DNA from: Polyangiaceae bacterium
Lineage (GTDB): Bacteria; Myxococcota_A; Polyangia; Polyangiales; Polyangiaceae
Direction: 5' to 3'
Assembly (NCBI GenBank): GCA_044376115.1
Contig: JBILLK010000022.1
Coordinates: forward strand, 64,001-128,000
DNA: 64,000 nt
Positions within the stretch are counted from its first letter, which is position 1. Each line of letters begins with the position of its first letter. A program made the translations under genes and the position numbers. Below the pieces are notes generated by a model. The model had not been told where the DNA came from. It made no database searches and saw only the letters and a program-made list of their open reading frames with translations. Below are positions 48,811 through 58,468 of the stretch, piece by piece.

Positions 48811-49499
48811 GGCTTGCGCAGCGGCATATCCCAGTCAGCCAAGAAACCGTAGGCCCAAGGGTGGCTCGGCTCGTCAAACGGCGCCCACTCTTTCTTCGTC
48901 AATGGCCGCCCTTTGAGCTTGGGCAACTTCACCTTCGCCCAATCGATGGTGACGTCGACCTCCAGGTCTTCCGACATCATCGCCATCATCATTTCGTCCG
49001 AGTCAGGGCCATCCATGTCGAGCGCCGGCTTGTCGCCTTTGCCGCTGAACGTGATCGGCTCGGGGATTCCCTCCACGCGATAGGTGATGAAGGGATGCAG
49101 ATCGATCGAGGCGACCTTCTTGGTGCCCTCCCAACATTGCAGCACGATGGTCTCGCCGTAGAAGAGCGCGTGGTAAGCACCGTCACCGCTGCCGAGGTCA
49201 TCCAGCGCGGCGCGCTTGATCTCCTCCATCGTCCCGGCGACGAAGAACTCCGCCTTGCGCGAGCCGCCCGGCTCCACTTGGAACACCAAGCGGAAGTAGT
49301 GAACGAGATCCGTGGGGACCTGCTTCTTCGCGGCAGGCTTCTTCGCCGCAGCGGGCTTCTTCGCTGCAGCAGGCTTCTTCGCTGCAGCAGGCTTCTTCGC
49401 TGCAGCAGGCTTCTTCGCTGATGCAGGCTTCTTCGCTGCAGGCTTCTTCGCTGCAGGCTTCTTCGCTGCAGGCTTCTTCGCTGTGGCCATCGCCGCCAA
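48807..49499 (-). CDS. Protein with histone H1-like (AAKKP)n N-terminus
   Basis: About 10 AKKPA(A) repeats followed by a globular domain. Confidence 0.75.
   Translation of the reverse strand: MAAMATAKKPAAKKPAAKKPAAKKPASAKKPAAAKKPAAAKKPAAAKKPAAAKKPAAKKQVPTDLVHYFRLVFQVEPGGSRKAEFFVAGTMEEIKRAALDDLGSGDGAYHALFYGETIVLQCWEGTKKVASIDLHPFITYRVEGIPEPITFSGKGDKPALDMDGPDSDEMMMAMMSEDLEVDVTIDWAKVKLPKLKGRPLTKKEWAPFDEPSHPWAYGFLADWDMPLRKP
49323..49485. repeat. 15/18-nt coding tandem repeat (GCAGGCTTCTTCGCT)
   Basis: Directly visible; encodes the AAKKP repeats. Confidence 0.9.
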
Positions 49500-49684
49500 G
49501 TGTAGCGAACGGGCGTGCGCTGAGAAGCTACAACCCTTTGAGGAAGCGGCGTGCTTCGGTCACCGTCGGGTCGGGCACGTAGCCGCGCCAGGAAACCTTC
49601 GCCAGCACCTCGCGCGCTGGGCGCTCGGCTATTGGGCAATTCCGTAACACCGCGCGGTCGGGCGGCGGCGGTGGACGCATGAAC

Positions 49685-50770
49685 TCAGTCATTGGCCCCT
49701 CCGCTCGGAGTGCGGCGCAGCGCCTCGCGGATGCCCTCGTAGCCGCGCACGCCCCGGCCGAGCGCCTCGTCGAGCAGCCCGCGGCGCTCTTGGGCGACCA
49801 ACACGAAGCTGCACGCCGGGTTGCCGGCCGAGCGACACGCCACCTCCCGACAGCTGAGCCGCCGCTCAGCGACGTGGCTCATCATGCCGGAGAAGCAACC
49901 TGCGAGCAGATGGCACGAAAGGTCGCCCGACGTACCACCGGTGTTGCGGATCGCCCGTTTGGCATTCGCCAGAGCGCTACGTTGCACCTCGATTTGCAGC
50001 ACGCCCTCGGCCGCAAAGCCAAAGTCGAAGCTGGGCTTGCCCCAGCCGTGTTCGGAGAAGGTCGCTGAAACCAGCCGAGCCACCTCGGTCATCGACAGCT
50101 CCCCCAACGAGCCGGAGCCACGCTCCAGCGCCGTACCCTCCAGATCGATCGCGGTGCGCCGCCCCCATTGCACACCCCATTCGGTGGCGAAGATCTGCCA
50201 GCTCTCCGGCGCCAAGCGTTCGCAGGTCGCGCGCAACGCGGCGAAGAACGGCGCCGGGACGTCGACGAAGCGACGCTCGAGCGCGTCGCGCCTCACCCCT
50301 TGATCGATCTCGTGAGGAGCCAACGCGCGTTGCGCGATCGCCAGCGGGATATCGGAAGCGAGCGTGCGCGTGGACCCGACCTCGTTGCGGTTGATGATCA
50401 GGTAGACCCGCGTGCTCGAGGCGAGCACCATCTCGATCGTCACCTTCTGTTCACCGAAGGCGAAGCCGAACACATAGTCGAAGCTCTCGCGCGCGCCCAA
50501 GCGGCCAGCCGCGAGCATGCGTTGAAAGCGGCCGAAGAAGGTATCAGTCTTGGCGCAGCGAGCTATCTCGTCGAAGAAGCTGCGGCCGAGCACCTCGTTC
50601 TTGTCGAGCCGGGCTAGCCGCGACTCGTACAAGTTGTAACGCAGGACAAAGCCGAGGCTGTCCAAGCCGACGACGCCGAAAGGCAGCTGATCCAACTCCG
50701 ACTCGCTGGCCGCATCGATCCGCTCGATGCTGAAGGAGGTCGGGGCACTGGTAGGTTCTTGTTCAAACAT
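49685..50770 (-). CDS. Photoactive-yellow-protein-like PAS domain fused to V4R domain
   Basis: LDQLPFGVV.LD..G.VLRYN..ES...VLGRSFFDEIARC; C-terminal GWG, CHLLAG, CREVACRSAGNPACSF. Confidence 0.85.
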   Translation of the reverse strand: MFEQEPTSAPTSFSIERIDAASESELDQLPFGVVGLDSLGFVLRYNLYESRLARLDKNEVLGRSFFDEIARCAKTDTFFGRFQRMLAAGRLGARESFDYVFGFAFGEQKVTIEMVLASSTRVYLIINRNEVGSTRTLASDIPLAIAQRALAPHEIDQGVRRDALERRFVDVPAPFFAALRATCERLAPESWQIFATEWGVQWGRRTAIDLEGTALERGSGSLGELSMTEVARLVSATFSEHGWGKPSFDFGFAAEGVLQIEVQRSALANAKRAIRNTGGTSGDLSCHLLAGCFSGMMSHVAERRLSCREVACRSAGNPACSFVLVAQERRGLLDEALGRGVRGYEGIREALRRTPSGGAND

Positions 50771-50772
50771 CG

Positions 50773-51750
50773 TCAGCTGTCTCCCAAGCGAGCACGGATC
50801 AACGCGTCCAAAGTCATCTTTCCCGGCTCGTTGCTGCGCGAGGACGGAGCTTCACTCGAGCTCGGCGACCGCGCGGATTCCACGTGTTGCGGCAGCGTGG
50901 GAGCGGCTCCGGCCAGCCACGTCTTCAATTGGTCGCGGAAGGCAGCGGCCGTTTGCAGCCTTTGCTCGACGTCTCGCTTCATCGCCCGCTCCAAGATCGC
51001 CCACAGCGCGTCGTCCAGTTGTGTAGGGAGCGTCGGACGTTTGATGGGCGCCCGCAGCACCTCGGCCATCACCGTCGGCGGATCTTCTCCTTCGAACAGC
51101 GTCTTGCCGGTCATCGTCTCGAGCATGGTCACCGCCACCGACCAAATATCTGCGCGGTGGTCGACGGTCTTTGCACGAACTTGCTCGGGCGCCATGTAGG
51201 CCGGCGTACCGATGATGCCGCCCACCTGGGTCAGACGGCCGCCGGTGTTGGCGGCGATGGCGATGCCGAAGTCGATCAACTTTGCGCGCTCACCGTCCAC
51301 CAGGATGTTGGACGGCTTGATGTCGCGGTGAACGATGCCTTGCGCGTGCACGAGCGAGAGCCCCTCCAAGATCGCGATGAAGAGCTCGACCGTGCGCCGC
51401 ACCGACAGCGCGCCCTTGGCCACGAGCGCGTCGAGCCCTTCGCCGCCCACGTGCTCCATCACCACGAAGGCCCCTAGCTCCGAGGAGTCCGCGACGTCGA
51501 ACACCTCGACCACCGCCGGATGCCGAATCGACGCGAGGATGCGCGCCTCGCGCACCAGCCGCTCGGTGAGCTCACCGCTGCGAGCGTCCACGAACTTGAT
51601 CGCCACCGAGCGCGCGAGCTTCCTATGGGTCGCGGCCCAAACCTCGCCCATACCGCCTTCACCCAAGGGCTCGGTCAGCAGGTAGCGATTGTCGATCAGC
51701 ATCCCCGGCGCCGCGCGCAGGCGTTTCTCTTCAGCCCCTTCGGCAACCAT
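50773..51750 (-). CDS. Serine/threonine protein kinase
   Basis: LGEGGMGEV, VAIK, HRDIKPSN, DFG, GTPAYMAPE. Confidence 0.95.
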   Translation of the reverse strand: MVAEGAEEKRLRAAPGMLIDNRYLLTEPLGEGGMGEVWAATHRKLARSVAIKFVDARSGELTERLVREARILASIRHPAVVEVFDVADSSELGAFVVMEHVGGEGLDALVAKGALSVRRTVELFIAILEGLSLVHAQGIVHRDIKPSNILVDGERAKLIDFGIAIAANTGGRLTQVGGIIGTPAYMAPEQVRAKTVDHRADIWSVAVTMLETMTGKTLFEGEDPPTVMAEVLRAPIKRPTLPTQLDDALWAILERAMKRDVEQRLQTAAAFRDQLKTWLAGAAPTLPQHVESARSPSSSEAPSSRSNEPGKMTLDALIRARLGDS

Positions 51751-51867
51751 GGTTGGGGTCCGGGTGTGGCCTAGCATGAGGCCAACATAGTACAAACCAT
51801 GAACACGCCAAGCCCAGCCTGGAACAAACTGTGTTCCAGCCGGGATGGCCATCTCGAAGGCGGTGCA

Positions 51868-52308
51868 CTAGAGCTTCGCGACGACAGCGACCATGTTCTT
51901 GCAGCTGTCGTGGCAGGCTTTGCAGGTCGCGTGTTTGTCGGCGTGCGGAGCGCATTGCGCCGCGCAGTCCTCGCACAGCTTGACCAGCGTCTTGGCGATC
52001 TCGACGGCCCGCTTGCTGCCTGACGAGGCGAGTTTGGCCAGCGCCTCCATCCCAGCCAGCATGTCGTGGGCCGCGGCGGCACACCCGGCCATCGAGGTAT
52101 CCCCGCTGCCGAGCAAGGCGATGCAATGCGCCAGACAGGCTTGACCGCGCTTCACGCACTCGAAGGCGGCCTCTTCCAGCGGGTTCGGCGCACCGTGGTG
52201 ATCGTGGTGCGCGTGGGCCTCATCGGCGCGCGCGGTGCTGCAGGCAGCGGCCCCCAGCGAAAGAGCGGCGAGCGAGGTAGCAGAGAACAGGGCGTCGCGA
52301 CGGTTCAT
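51868..52308 (-). CDS. Tat-exported four-helix Cys-rich copper storage protein (Csp1-like)
   Basis: MNRRDALF twin-arginine signal, His-rich stretch, CxxxC/CxxC helices. Confidence 0.88.
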   Translation of the reverse strand: MNRRDALFSATSLAALSLGAAACSTARADEAHAHHDHHGAPNPLEEAAFECVKRGQACLAHCIALLGSGDTSMAGCAAAAHDMLAGMEALAKLASSGSKRAVEIAKTLVKLCEDCAAQCAPHADKHATCKACHDSCKNMVAVVAKL

Positions 52309-52380
52309 GGGCGCTTGACTAGCGCCGGTCGTGCAAGGCGCCAATGCCCGCCGCAAGCACCAGGTTGCTGGTCTGCACCC

Positions 52381-52968
52381 TCAACACAACTGCCCGTCGA
52401 GTAACAGCGCCGGGTTGGGCCGAGCCAGCGCCTCTTCGATCAGACGCTTGTCGGCCTCTCCGAGCAACCACTCGCGGGCTGCGTCGGTCGGGATCAGCAC
52501 CGGCATGCGCCCGTGCAGCGAGACGAAGGGCCCGCGCGAGGCGCAGGTCAGCACCGAGACGCGACGTTGCCCATCGTGATCGTCCCAGATGCCGGCGAGC
52601 AACAAGCTGCCTTCGGCTGCAGCGACCTGATGGCGGACGCGGTTCTTTTCGCCTGCGAGCCCCTCGGCGACCTCGAAGCTGCGCACCGGGACCAGCGCCC
52701 GCCGACGTTTGGCGGCGTCACGGAAGCGCGTGCGCACGTTCTCGATTTGCGTGTTGAAGTAGAGACGCTTGTCGGCGCCGACCAGGCGCAGGCCCCACAC
52801 AGCGTCGGTGATTTCGACCTCTGCGCCCACGCCGATGAAGGCCGCCAACGGCGCACCCGGTTGCGTCGCGCGCTCGGGCGGCGGTGGAACCTTCACCGTG
52901 GGCCGCAGCACCTCCACCCACTCGCGCCAGGTCATGTCATCGGAACCGCTCACAGCTCGACCGCACAC
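52381..52968 (-). CDS. SOS response-associated peptidase (SRAP/HMCES family)
   Basis: GTG-CGR N-terminus, WGL, RRALVPV.SFE, LAGIW, HGRMPVLI. Confidence 0.85.
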   Translation of the reverse strand: MCGRAVSGSDDMTWREWVEVLRPTVKVPPPPERATQPGAPLAAFIGVGAEVEITDAVWGLRLVGADKRLYFNTQIENVRTRFRDAAKRRRALVPVRSFEVAEGLAGEKNRVRHQVAAAEGSLLLAGIWDDHDGQRRVSVLTCASRGPFVSLHGRMPVLIPTDAAREWLLGEADKRLIEEALARPNPALLLDGQLC

Positions 52969-53050
52969 GCGGCGCAGCCTAGCAGAAGGGCGCGCAGCCG
53001 ATGGACCACGAGGCGTCGCGAGGCCGGCCCATGCTCGCCTACAATGCGCC

Positions 53051-54103
53051 TTGCCCGCCGCACGCCTCTTGTGCACCCTGCCTCTTTCGCCCTTCTGGAA
53101 GACCCAACGCAAGCTCGCCGTCGCGCAAGCCGACGAGCTGGGCCTCGAGCCGAGCGAGCTGCTCGCGGTCTCCGGCGTCACCTTCGAACCGGGCGGCAAA
53201 CACGCGCTCGTGACCTTCGCGCTGACGCGGGAAGTCTTGCGGGTGGAACTCGGCTCGGAGCCGCGCTTTACGCTGCAACCGCTGGACGTGGAATCGCCGC
53301 TCGGCGAGGGCTTTTTGGGCACCAGTTGGGTTCGCGCGCGCCCCACCGCAACGAGCGACCTGGTGGTGGTGGAGGACGCGCATCTCGGCGGCGGCGGCAT
53401 GGACGCATGCTCGGCGGTGGGGCTCGTCAAGCTGACCACCCGCGAGCGCGTGCTGAGTCTGCGCGACAGCGAGTTCGGTGAAGGCGTCGTGGCCTTCGCG
53501 CTCTCGCCCAACCGACGTTGGCTCGCAGCTTCCTACCTGCTTTCCAAGCCCAGCCAAATCGAGCTGCGTTTGTACGACGCGACGAGCGGCGAAATCGTGC
53601 GAAGCCAACGCCTGGAGGGGGAGCCGTATCGCGGCCAGCTCGCGGTCGCTGTCGACGACGATGCAACCTCCATCGCCTTCGCCGACGAACGGTCGGTGCG
53701 CTTGGTCGAGCTCGAGAGCGGTCGCTCAACCTTGTACATCGAGCAGAAGATGGTCCGCGCGCTCGCGCTCACGAGCTCCACCTTGGTGGTCGAGGCAGTA
53801 GGCGGCGCGCAGCTCTACGACCGCTCGGGCGGCGCACAGCGCAGCCCGCTCGAGCGCCTGAGCGGCCACACGCTGATCGCCACGCAAGGCGAAGAAGCAG
53901 CCTTTTTCCAGCGTTCGCGCGGTGGTTACTCGCTTGGCCGCGTAGCGCTCGAGAGCGCCAGCGTCGAACTCAAAACCTACAAGGCCGCACTCGGTCCCGC
54001 CTCGAAAGAGGGCGCTGATTGGCTGGTCGCACACGACCTACAAAGCGGTCGCACAGCGTCGGTGTCGCGCAAGGGCCTACTGGTCTTTGAGCCAACTGAC
54101 TGA
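53051..54103 (+). CDS. Beta-propeller-like hypothetical protein; start uncertain
   Basis: FALSPNRRWLA and LRLYDATSG WD40-like strands; TTG start just after a TACAAT hexamer. Confidence 0.6.
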   Translation: MPAARLLCTLPLSPFWKTQRKLAVAQADELGLEPSELLAVSGVTFEPGGKHALVTFALTREVLRVELGSEPRFTLQPLDVESPLGEGFLGTSWVRARPTATSDLVVVEDAHLGGGGMDACSAVGLVKLTTRERVLSLRDSEFGEGVVAFALSPNRRWLAASYLLSKPSQIELRLYDATSGEIVRSQRLEGEPYRGQLAVAVDDDATSIAFADERSVRLVELESGRSTLYIEQKMVRALALTSSTLVVEAVGGAQLYDRSGGAQRSPLERLSGHTLIATQGEEAAFFQRSRGGYSLGRVALESASVELKTYKAALGPASKEGADWLVAHDLQSGRTASVSRKGLLVFEPTD

Positions 54104-54175
54104 GCAACGCGCGTCGTCACCGCCAGCAGCGCTTGGTTCCCAACCACGCCGCGATCGGATAACCCCAAGGGGCGC

Positions 54176-54658
54176 ATGGACTATCTGAGCCCGGATCAAG
54201 TGGTCGACTTCGTCGAAGGGACCGTCATCTTCGTCGACCGCAGTCAGCCTCCACCGAGCGTGGTCAGCACGCTCGAGGCGCGCGTACAGGGCTTTGCGCG
54301 GACCCAGCAGCAGCCGCTCGCCTACCTGCACGTGGTGCTCGACGTCCCGACCACCGGGCGGCTCAACGAGGAGTCGCGCACCGCCATGATCGCGGCCGGG
54401 CGGCGTCACATGGAGTTGTTCGACCGTGCAGCGATGGTGCTCATCACGCAAGGCTTCATGGGCGCCGCCATGCGAGCGATGTTCTCGGGCGCCTTGATGG
54501 CCCTGCGCACCAAGGTGCCGTTCAAGGTCTTCAGCGCCGAGCGAGAGGCCATCGAGTGGCTGTGCTCAGCTCAACTGGGCGGCGGCCGACCGCGCGATGC
54601 GGCCAAAGTGATGAGCGCCGTCGCGGCGATCACCGCCGCCTTGCAGCCGCCGCGCTAG
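54176..54658 (+). CDS. STAS/SEC14-like small protein
   Basis: GFMGAAMRA...PFKVF.....AIEWL pattern. Confidence 0.7.
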   Translation: MDYLSPDQVVDFVEGTVIFVDRSQPPPSVVSTLEARVQGFARTQQQPLAYLHVVLDVPTTGRLNEESRTAMIAAGRRHMELFDRAAMVLITQGFMGAAMRAMFSGALMALRTKVPFKVFSAEREAIEWLCSAQLGGGRPRDAAKVMSAVAAITAALQPPR

Positions 54659-54713
54659 TTCTCGCGGCCCGCGCAGCCCTTCTAGCGCCCACCGAAGTCG
54701 ATCTTGCGTGCGA

Positions 54714-54881
54714 GATCCGCGTTTGGGCTTCGAAGATCCACGTTTGGGCTTCGAAGATCCACGTTTGGGCTTCGAAGATCGACGTTTGGGCTTCGAAGAT
54801 CCACGTTTGGGCTTCGAAGATCGACGTTTGGGCTTCGAAGATCGCCCTCCGACCGCGCAAGATCGCCCTCCGACCGCGCGA
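54714..54881. repeat. Intergenic 21-bp tandem repeat
   Basis: 6 x GATC(C/G)(A/G)CGTTTGGGCTTCGAA followed by 2 x GATCGCCCTCCGACCGCGC(A/G)A. Confidence 0.95.
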
Positions 54882-54997
54882 GGTCAGGGGGATCGGCCTG
54901 CGAATTGGACGTTTTGTTGAGTTTGACCGCCTATCGCCAGGGGATGGGCGCCCCATTTCAACAAAACGACCACTTCGAGCGCCCATCCCCCTGAACC
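54881..54997. repeat. Imperfect ~41-bp inverted repeat
   Basis: 54881-54921 is the reverse complement of 54957-54997 at about 32/41 positions. Confidence 0.8.
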
Positions 54998-55109
54998 ACC
55001 GCGGCGACGCTCGCCCGGCAGGCGCCGAGTCCCAGCCCGGGCTCGGATTTAAGTGGGTCTTAAGTCGAGCAGACCAGCGCGCTGAGGCATGGTTGCGCTT
55101 GGAGTTCTT

Positions 55110-56309
55110 ATGCGTAAAACATCGTCTTTCTTCGCCTGTGCATCGTCTTTCTTTTTGTGCTTCGCAGCGGCCTGCGCCAACGTCGTGATCGACGAGCAGG
55201 AGGCAACCGGCGGCTCGAACGAGGGCGGCTCGAACGAGGGCGGCTCGAACGGGGTAGCCAGCTCGAGCAGCGGAGCTGGAGCCGGCGGCAATCCTGGGTT
55301 TCCACCGCAGAGCTGCCTCGGGGGCGAGGCCGCCATCGTCTCGGCCTGGTCCGACGACGGAACGGTGATCGCCACGCAGGTGGAAGAGGAATGGCGGCTC
55401 AACAAACCGGGCGGCCAGGCCGTGCCGCTGAGCTTCATCAACGGCTACGACGGCTCACTCGCGACGCTGCTCAGCGATGAATCGGGCACCGTTTACACCC
55501 TCACTTCCGACGGCCTCACCTTCAACGAGTATCCGCAAAACGGTTGGCAGCCCGAGCCGTACGCCGAGCGCTTCACGGCCGGAGGGATCGCCCTCGTGGG
55601 CCAGGTCAACGGGCTCACGCAGATCGGCTACTTCGATGCCGACGCCTTCGACTACTCGACGTACCACCCGTCGTTCGCGCTGCAAACGAGCTCGGCCGTG
55701 TGGGAGGAGGAGCGCTTCAGCGTGCGGGTCGCCGGCACCGTCAATGAAGCGCTTTGCACCGTGTTGGCGAATTCGTCGGAGCTCGGCCCGGTCCAATGCA
55801 CCGGCCAGCCGGTGCAGCTCACGCTGAACGGCGAGATCGGCCTGAGCGGCCCACAGCTCGCCCACGCCGCGGGGACGACGGTGGCCTTCTATTTCAAGCC
55901 GGAGTCGTCCTTCGTGTTGGCAGCGACGCAGCTCAACGCGGAGGGCGCCGCCCTTTCGGTGGAGACGATCGAAGTGGAGGGCCTGCTACTCAGCGCTGCG
56001 CCCACCGCCGACGGCAACTTCATCGTAGCGATCGCCTCCGGCAGCGGGCTCTACGCCGTGCGCTACTCAACGCAGACCGGCTTCGGTGAACGCTTCTTGG
56101 TGGACGCCGATGCGCCGGTCATCGCGCCCTCGGTCGCGCGCGGCATCTGCGGGGACGATGCGCTGATCGCCTACTCCACCGGCGCGCCCAGCCCCGAGCT
56201 CCGCATCGCGCGCATCCGCGGGACCCAGGTCGAACGCGACACGATCGCCGAGGGACCGCAAACGGGCTTCGGCAACGTCAGCCTGGCCACCCGCGACGCG
56301 GCGTTCTGA
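55110..56309 (+). CDS. Beta-rich lipoprotein
   Basis: AAAC lipobox, GGSNE repeats, beta-propeller-like body. Confidence 0.75.
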   Translation: MRKTSSFFACASSFFLCFAAACANVVIDEQEATGGSNEGGSNEGGSNGVASSSSGAGAGGNPGFPPQSCLGGEAAIVSAWSDDGTVIATQVEEEWRLNKPGGQAVPLSFINGYDGSLATLLSDESGTVYTLTSDGLTFNEYPQNGWQPEPYAERFTAGGIALVGQVNGLTQIGYFDADAFDYSTYHPSFALQTSSAVWEEERFSVRVAGTVNEALCTVLANSSELGPVQCTGQPVQLTLNGEIGLSGPQLAHAAGTTVAFYFKPESSFVLAATQLNAEGAALSVETIEVEGLLLSAAPTADGNFIVAIASGSGLYAVRYSTQTGFGERFLVDADAPVIAPSVARGICGDDALIAYSTGAPSPELRIARIRGTQVERDTIAEGPQTGFGNVSLATRDAAF

Positions 56310-56366
56310 AGCTCGCGGCGAGCCGCGTGGGTTGCGGATTCGGATTCGCGCGGTACCCTCGCGCGC

Positions 56367-56975
56367 ATGACCAAGCCCAAGTTGACCTACTTCGATATGC
56401 CTGTGAGCCGCGGTGAAGAGTGCCGGCTCGCGCTCCACGTCGCCGGCGTGGAGTTCGAGGATGAGCGCCTCGACCGCGCCGCATGGATGGCCCGCAAACC
56501 GCATACGCCGTACGGCTCGCTGCCCACGCTCGAGCTGCCCGGCGGCGTGGTGCTCGCCCAGTCGAACGCCATCCTCGTGTACATCGGTCGGCGTTGGGAC
56601 CTGCACCCCAAGGACGATCTCGAGGCCGCACGCCACGAGGCGATGCTCTGCCACGTGGAGGATCTGCGCGGGCAAGCCGGGCCGGTCATCCGCATCCAGG
56701 GCGACGCCGAGAAGAAGGCCGCGCGGGCTCAGCTCGTGGAGACGACGCTGCCCGCTTGGGCGACGCAAGCGGAGAAGAACATCACCGGCGCGCCGTTCTT
56801 CGGCGGGGAGAAGCTCAACGTCGTGGACCTCAAGCTGTACATGGCGGTCAAGTGGTTCGCCGGCGGCAACGTGGATCACGTCCCGGCCGACGTCTTCTCG
56901 CGCTTCGAGAAGCTGAACAAGCTGTACGAGACCGTGCGCGACGACGCGCGCATCAAGGCCTGGTACGCGCGCTGA
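56367..56975 (+). CDS. Glutathione S-transferase
   Basis: KLTYFD...RGEECRLAL, TPYGSLPTL, QSNAIL, L..VDL. Confidence 0.95.
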   Translation: MTKPKLTYFDMPVSRGEECRLALHVAGVEFEDERLDRAAWMARKPHTPYGSLPTLELPGGVVLAQSNAILVYIGRRWDLHPKDDLEAARHEAMLCHVEDLRGQAGPVIRIQGDAEKKAARAQLVETTLPAWATQAEKNITGAPFFGGEKLNVVDLKLYMAVKWFAGGNVDHVPADVFSRFEKLNKLYETVRDDARIKAWYAR

Positions 56976-56989
56976 CCTCCGTTGCCGGG

Positions 56990-57604
56990 TCAGAGGCCTA
57001 CCGATAGGACCTCGAACATGCCGAGCACGCTGGTCGCATCACCAGGTTCGATCTCGAGTACGAACACGCTCGGCATGTGTGCGTGATGCGTCACTTTGGC
57101 GAACACGTCGCTGTCACAGCCGACGAGCTGGGTGGTAGCGGCGATCTCGATGCCTGCCCGCAACACCCGCGCGCTCGGTGCATTGACGTAAGCGCCGAAC
57201 GTTGTGTGCTCGCTGACCGTGGAAAACGCGACGTAAACCGGCCCCGTAGCTGGAACAGCGATGTCGTAGACGACACCGGGCTCGAGCACACTGGCGGCCG
57301 CCTCCTCGAGGGTGGCGAAGCCGGTCGTAGGCAGCGCCGGAACCTCGAGCTTCGCGCAGAGCTCCGGATCCGGCATGGGTTCCGCACCACCGCTGCCGCC
57401 GCTTCCACCTGCACCGCCAGTTCCTCCGCTACCGCTCTCAGCACCGCCTGAACCGCCCGCACTCATTCCGCCGGTCGTGGCACCGGCCTCACCGCCTGTG
57501 CCACCCCCGCCAGCACCTGTGCTGGTTGTGTCCTCCGCAGGACAGCCCAGGAGCGAGTGCGTGAGCACCATCCCGACAAACGAAGCCCAACGTGCGCGCG
57601 CCAT
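56990..57604 (-). CDS. Lipoprotein with Gly linker and HHAHM motif
   Basis: LLGC lipobox; divergent from the MNIO operon. Confidence 0.7.
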   Translation of the reverse strand: MARARWASFVGMVLTHSLLGCPAEDTTSTGAGGGGTGGEAGATTGGMSAGGSGGAESGSGGTGGAGGSGGSGGAEPMPDPELCAKLEVPALPTTGFATLEEAAASVLEPGVVYDIAVPATGPVYVAFSTVSEHTTFGAYVNAPSARVLRAGIEIAATTQLVGCDSDVFAKVTHHAHMPSVFVLEIEPGDATSVLGMFEVLSVGL

Positions 57605-57694
57605 CGCGAGCAGACTACTCGATGAAGGCGCGACTGTGCCGCGTGCGACAACGTGTCGCACGCCGCCCCTAAGCGAGCTTGCTATCAGGGGACC

Positions 57695-58468
57695 ATGACC
57701 ACTGCTTCACGTTCCCCGATGCAATCGGCCTTGCTCTTCGCGGCGACAGCTGGCCTCGCGCTTGGCGCAGCTCATTGTGGTGACAACGACTCCACGTCGA
57801 CGAAGGGCTGCCCCGAAGGAGGCTCCACCTCCAACGCCGGAGCGGGTGGCACAGGGGCTGGCGGAGCCAGTGCGGGGGGCGCGGGAGGGACCGGCGGGGA
57901 AGCAGGAGGCAAGACCGTCATTTCCTCAGTGGAAGACAAGACCGTACGGTTCGCGACCTTCAAGGCCGACTGCGAAGAGCGCGGCGGCTACGTCCAGACG
58001 CATGCGGTCTGCTCGGGCAACAACGCCTGCAAGGGTGTGTCCTTCAACAAGTACGACTTTTACCTGACCGAGCACACCTGCAGCGCGATGAACACTTGCG
58101 GCGGCATGAGCTGCGTCGTGCTCCCCGAGGACGCCGGGCGCACGCCCGAGGAGATCTACGAGACGTCGTGCGCGGGCTGTCACGGACTCGCCGAAAATGG
58201 CTTCGTGCTCTATATGCCGCCGGGGACGGACCTCGTTCAGGCGCTCGCGGACGTCCAGACCAAGGACCGTGAGTTCATCCACTCGGCGGTCGCCTTCGGG
58301 ATCTCGTCTCGCAGCAGCAACGGCGTAGCCGCCGCGAACATGCCTGCATTGCACAAGGAGCTTTCGCGCGCCGAGATCGAGCGGGTTACCGAGTACGCCT
58401 TGGAGCTGCCGATGACCGCGGAGGAGTACGGGATCCTCGGCGTGAATGAAGAGGTCACGCCCGAGTGA
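57695..58468 (+). CDS. Lipoprotein with bufferin-like Cys repeats and a c-type cytochrome domain (putative MNIO substrate)
   Basis: Signal ending AAHC; HAVCSGNNACKG and HTCSAMNTCGG; CAGCH heme motif; NMPAL distal Met. Confidence 0.8.
   Translation: MTTASRSPMQSALLFAATAGLALGAAHCGDNDSTSTKGCPEGGSTSNAGAGGTGAGGASAGGAGGTGGEAGGKTVISSVEDKTVRFATFKADCEERGGYVQTHAVCSGNNACKGVSFNKYDFYLTEHTCSAMNTCGGMSCVVLPEDAGRTPEEIYETSCAGCHGLAENGFVLYMPPGTDLVQALADVQTKDREFIHSAVAFGISSRSSNGVAAANMPALHKELSRAEIERVTEYALELPMTAEEYGILGVNEEVTPE

Noticed and set aside
54714..54881. CRISPR array
   Set aside because: The units are contiguous 21-mers with no unique spacers, and there are no cas genes
54556..55188. ORF with (IHVWASK)n heptads
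   Set aside because: Translation of the DNA tandem repeat; several frames are open and there is no evidence that it is coding
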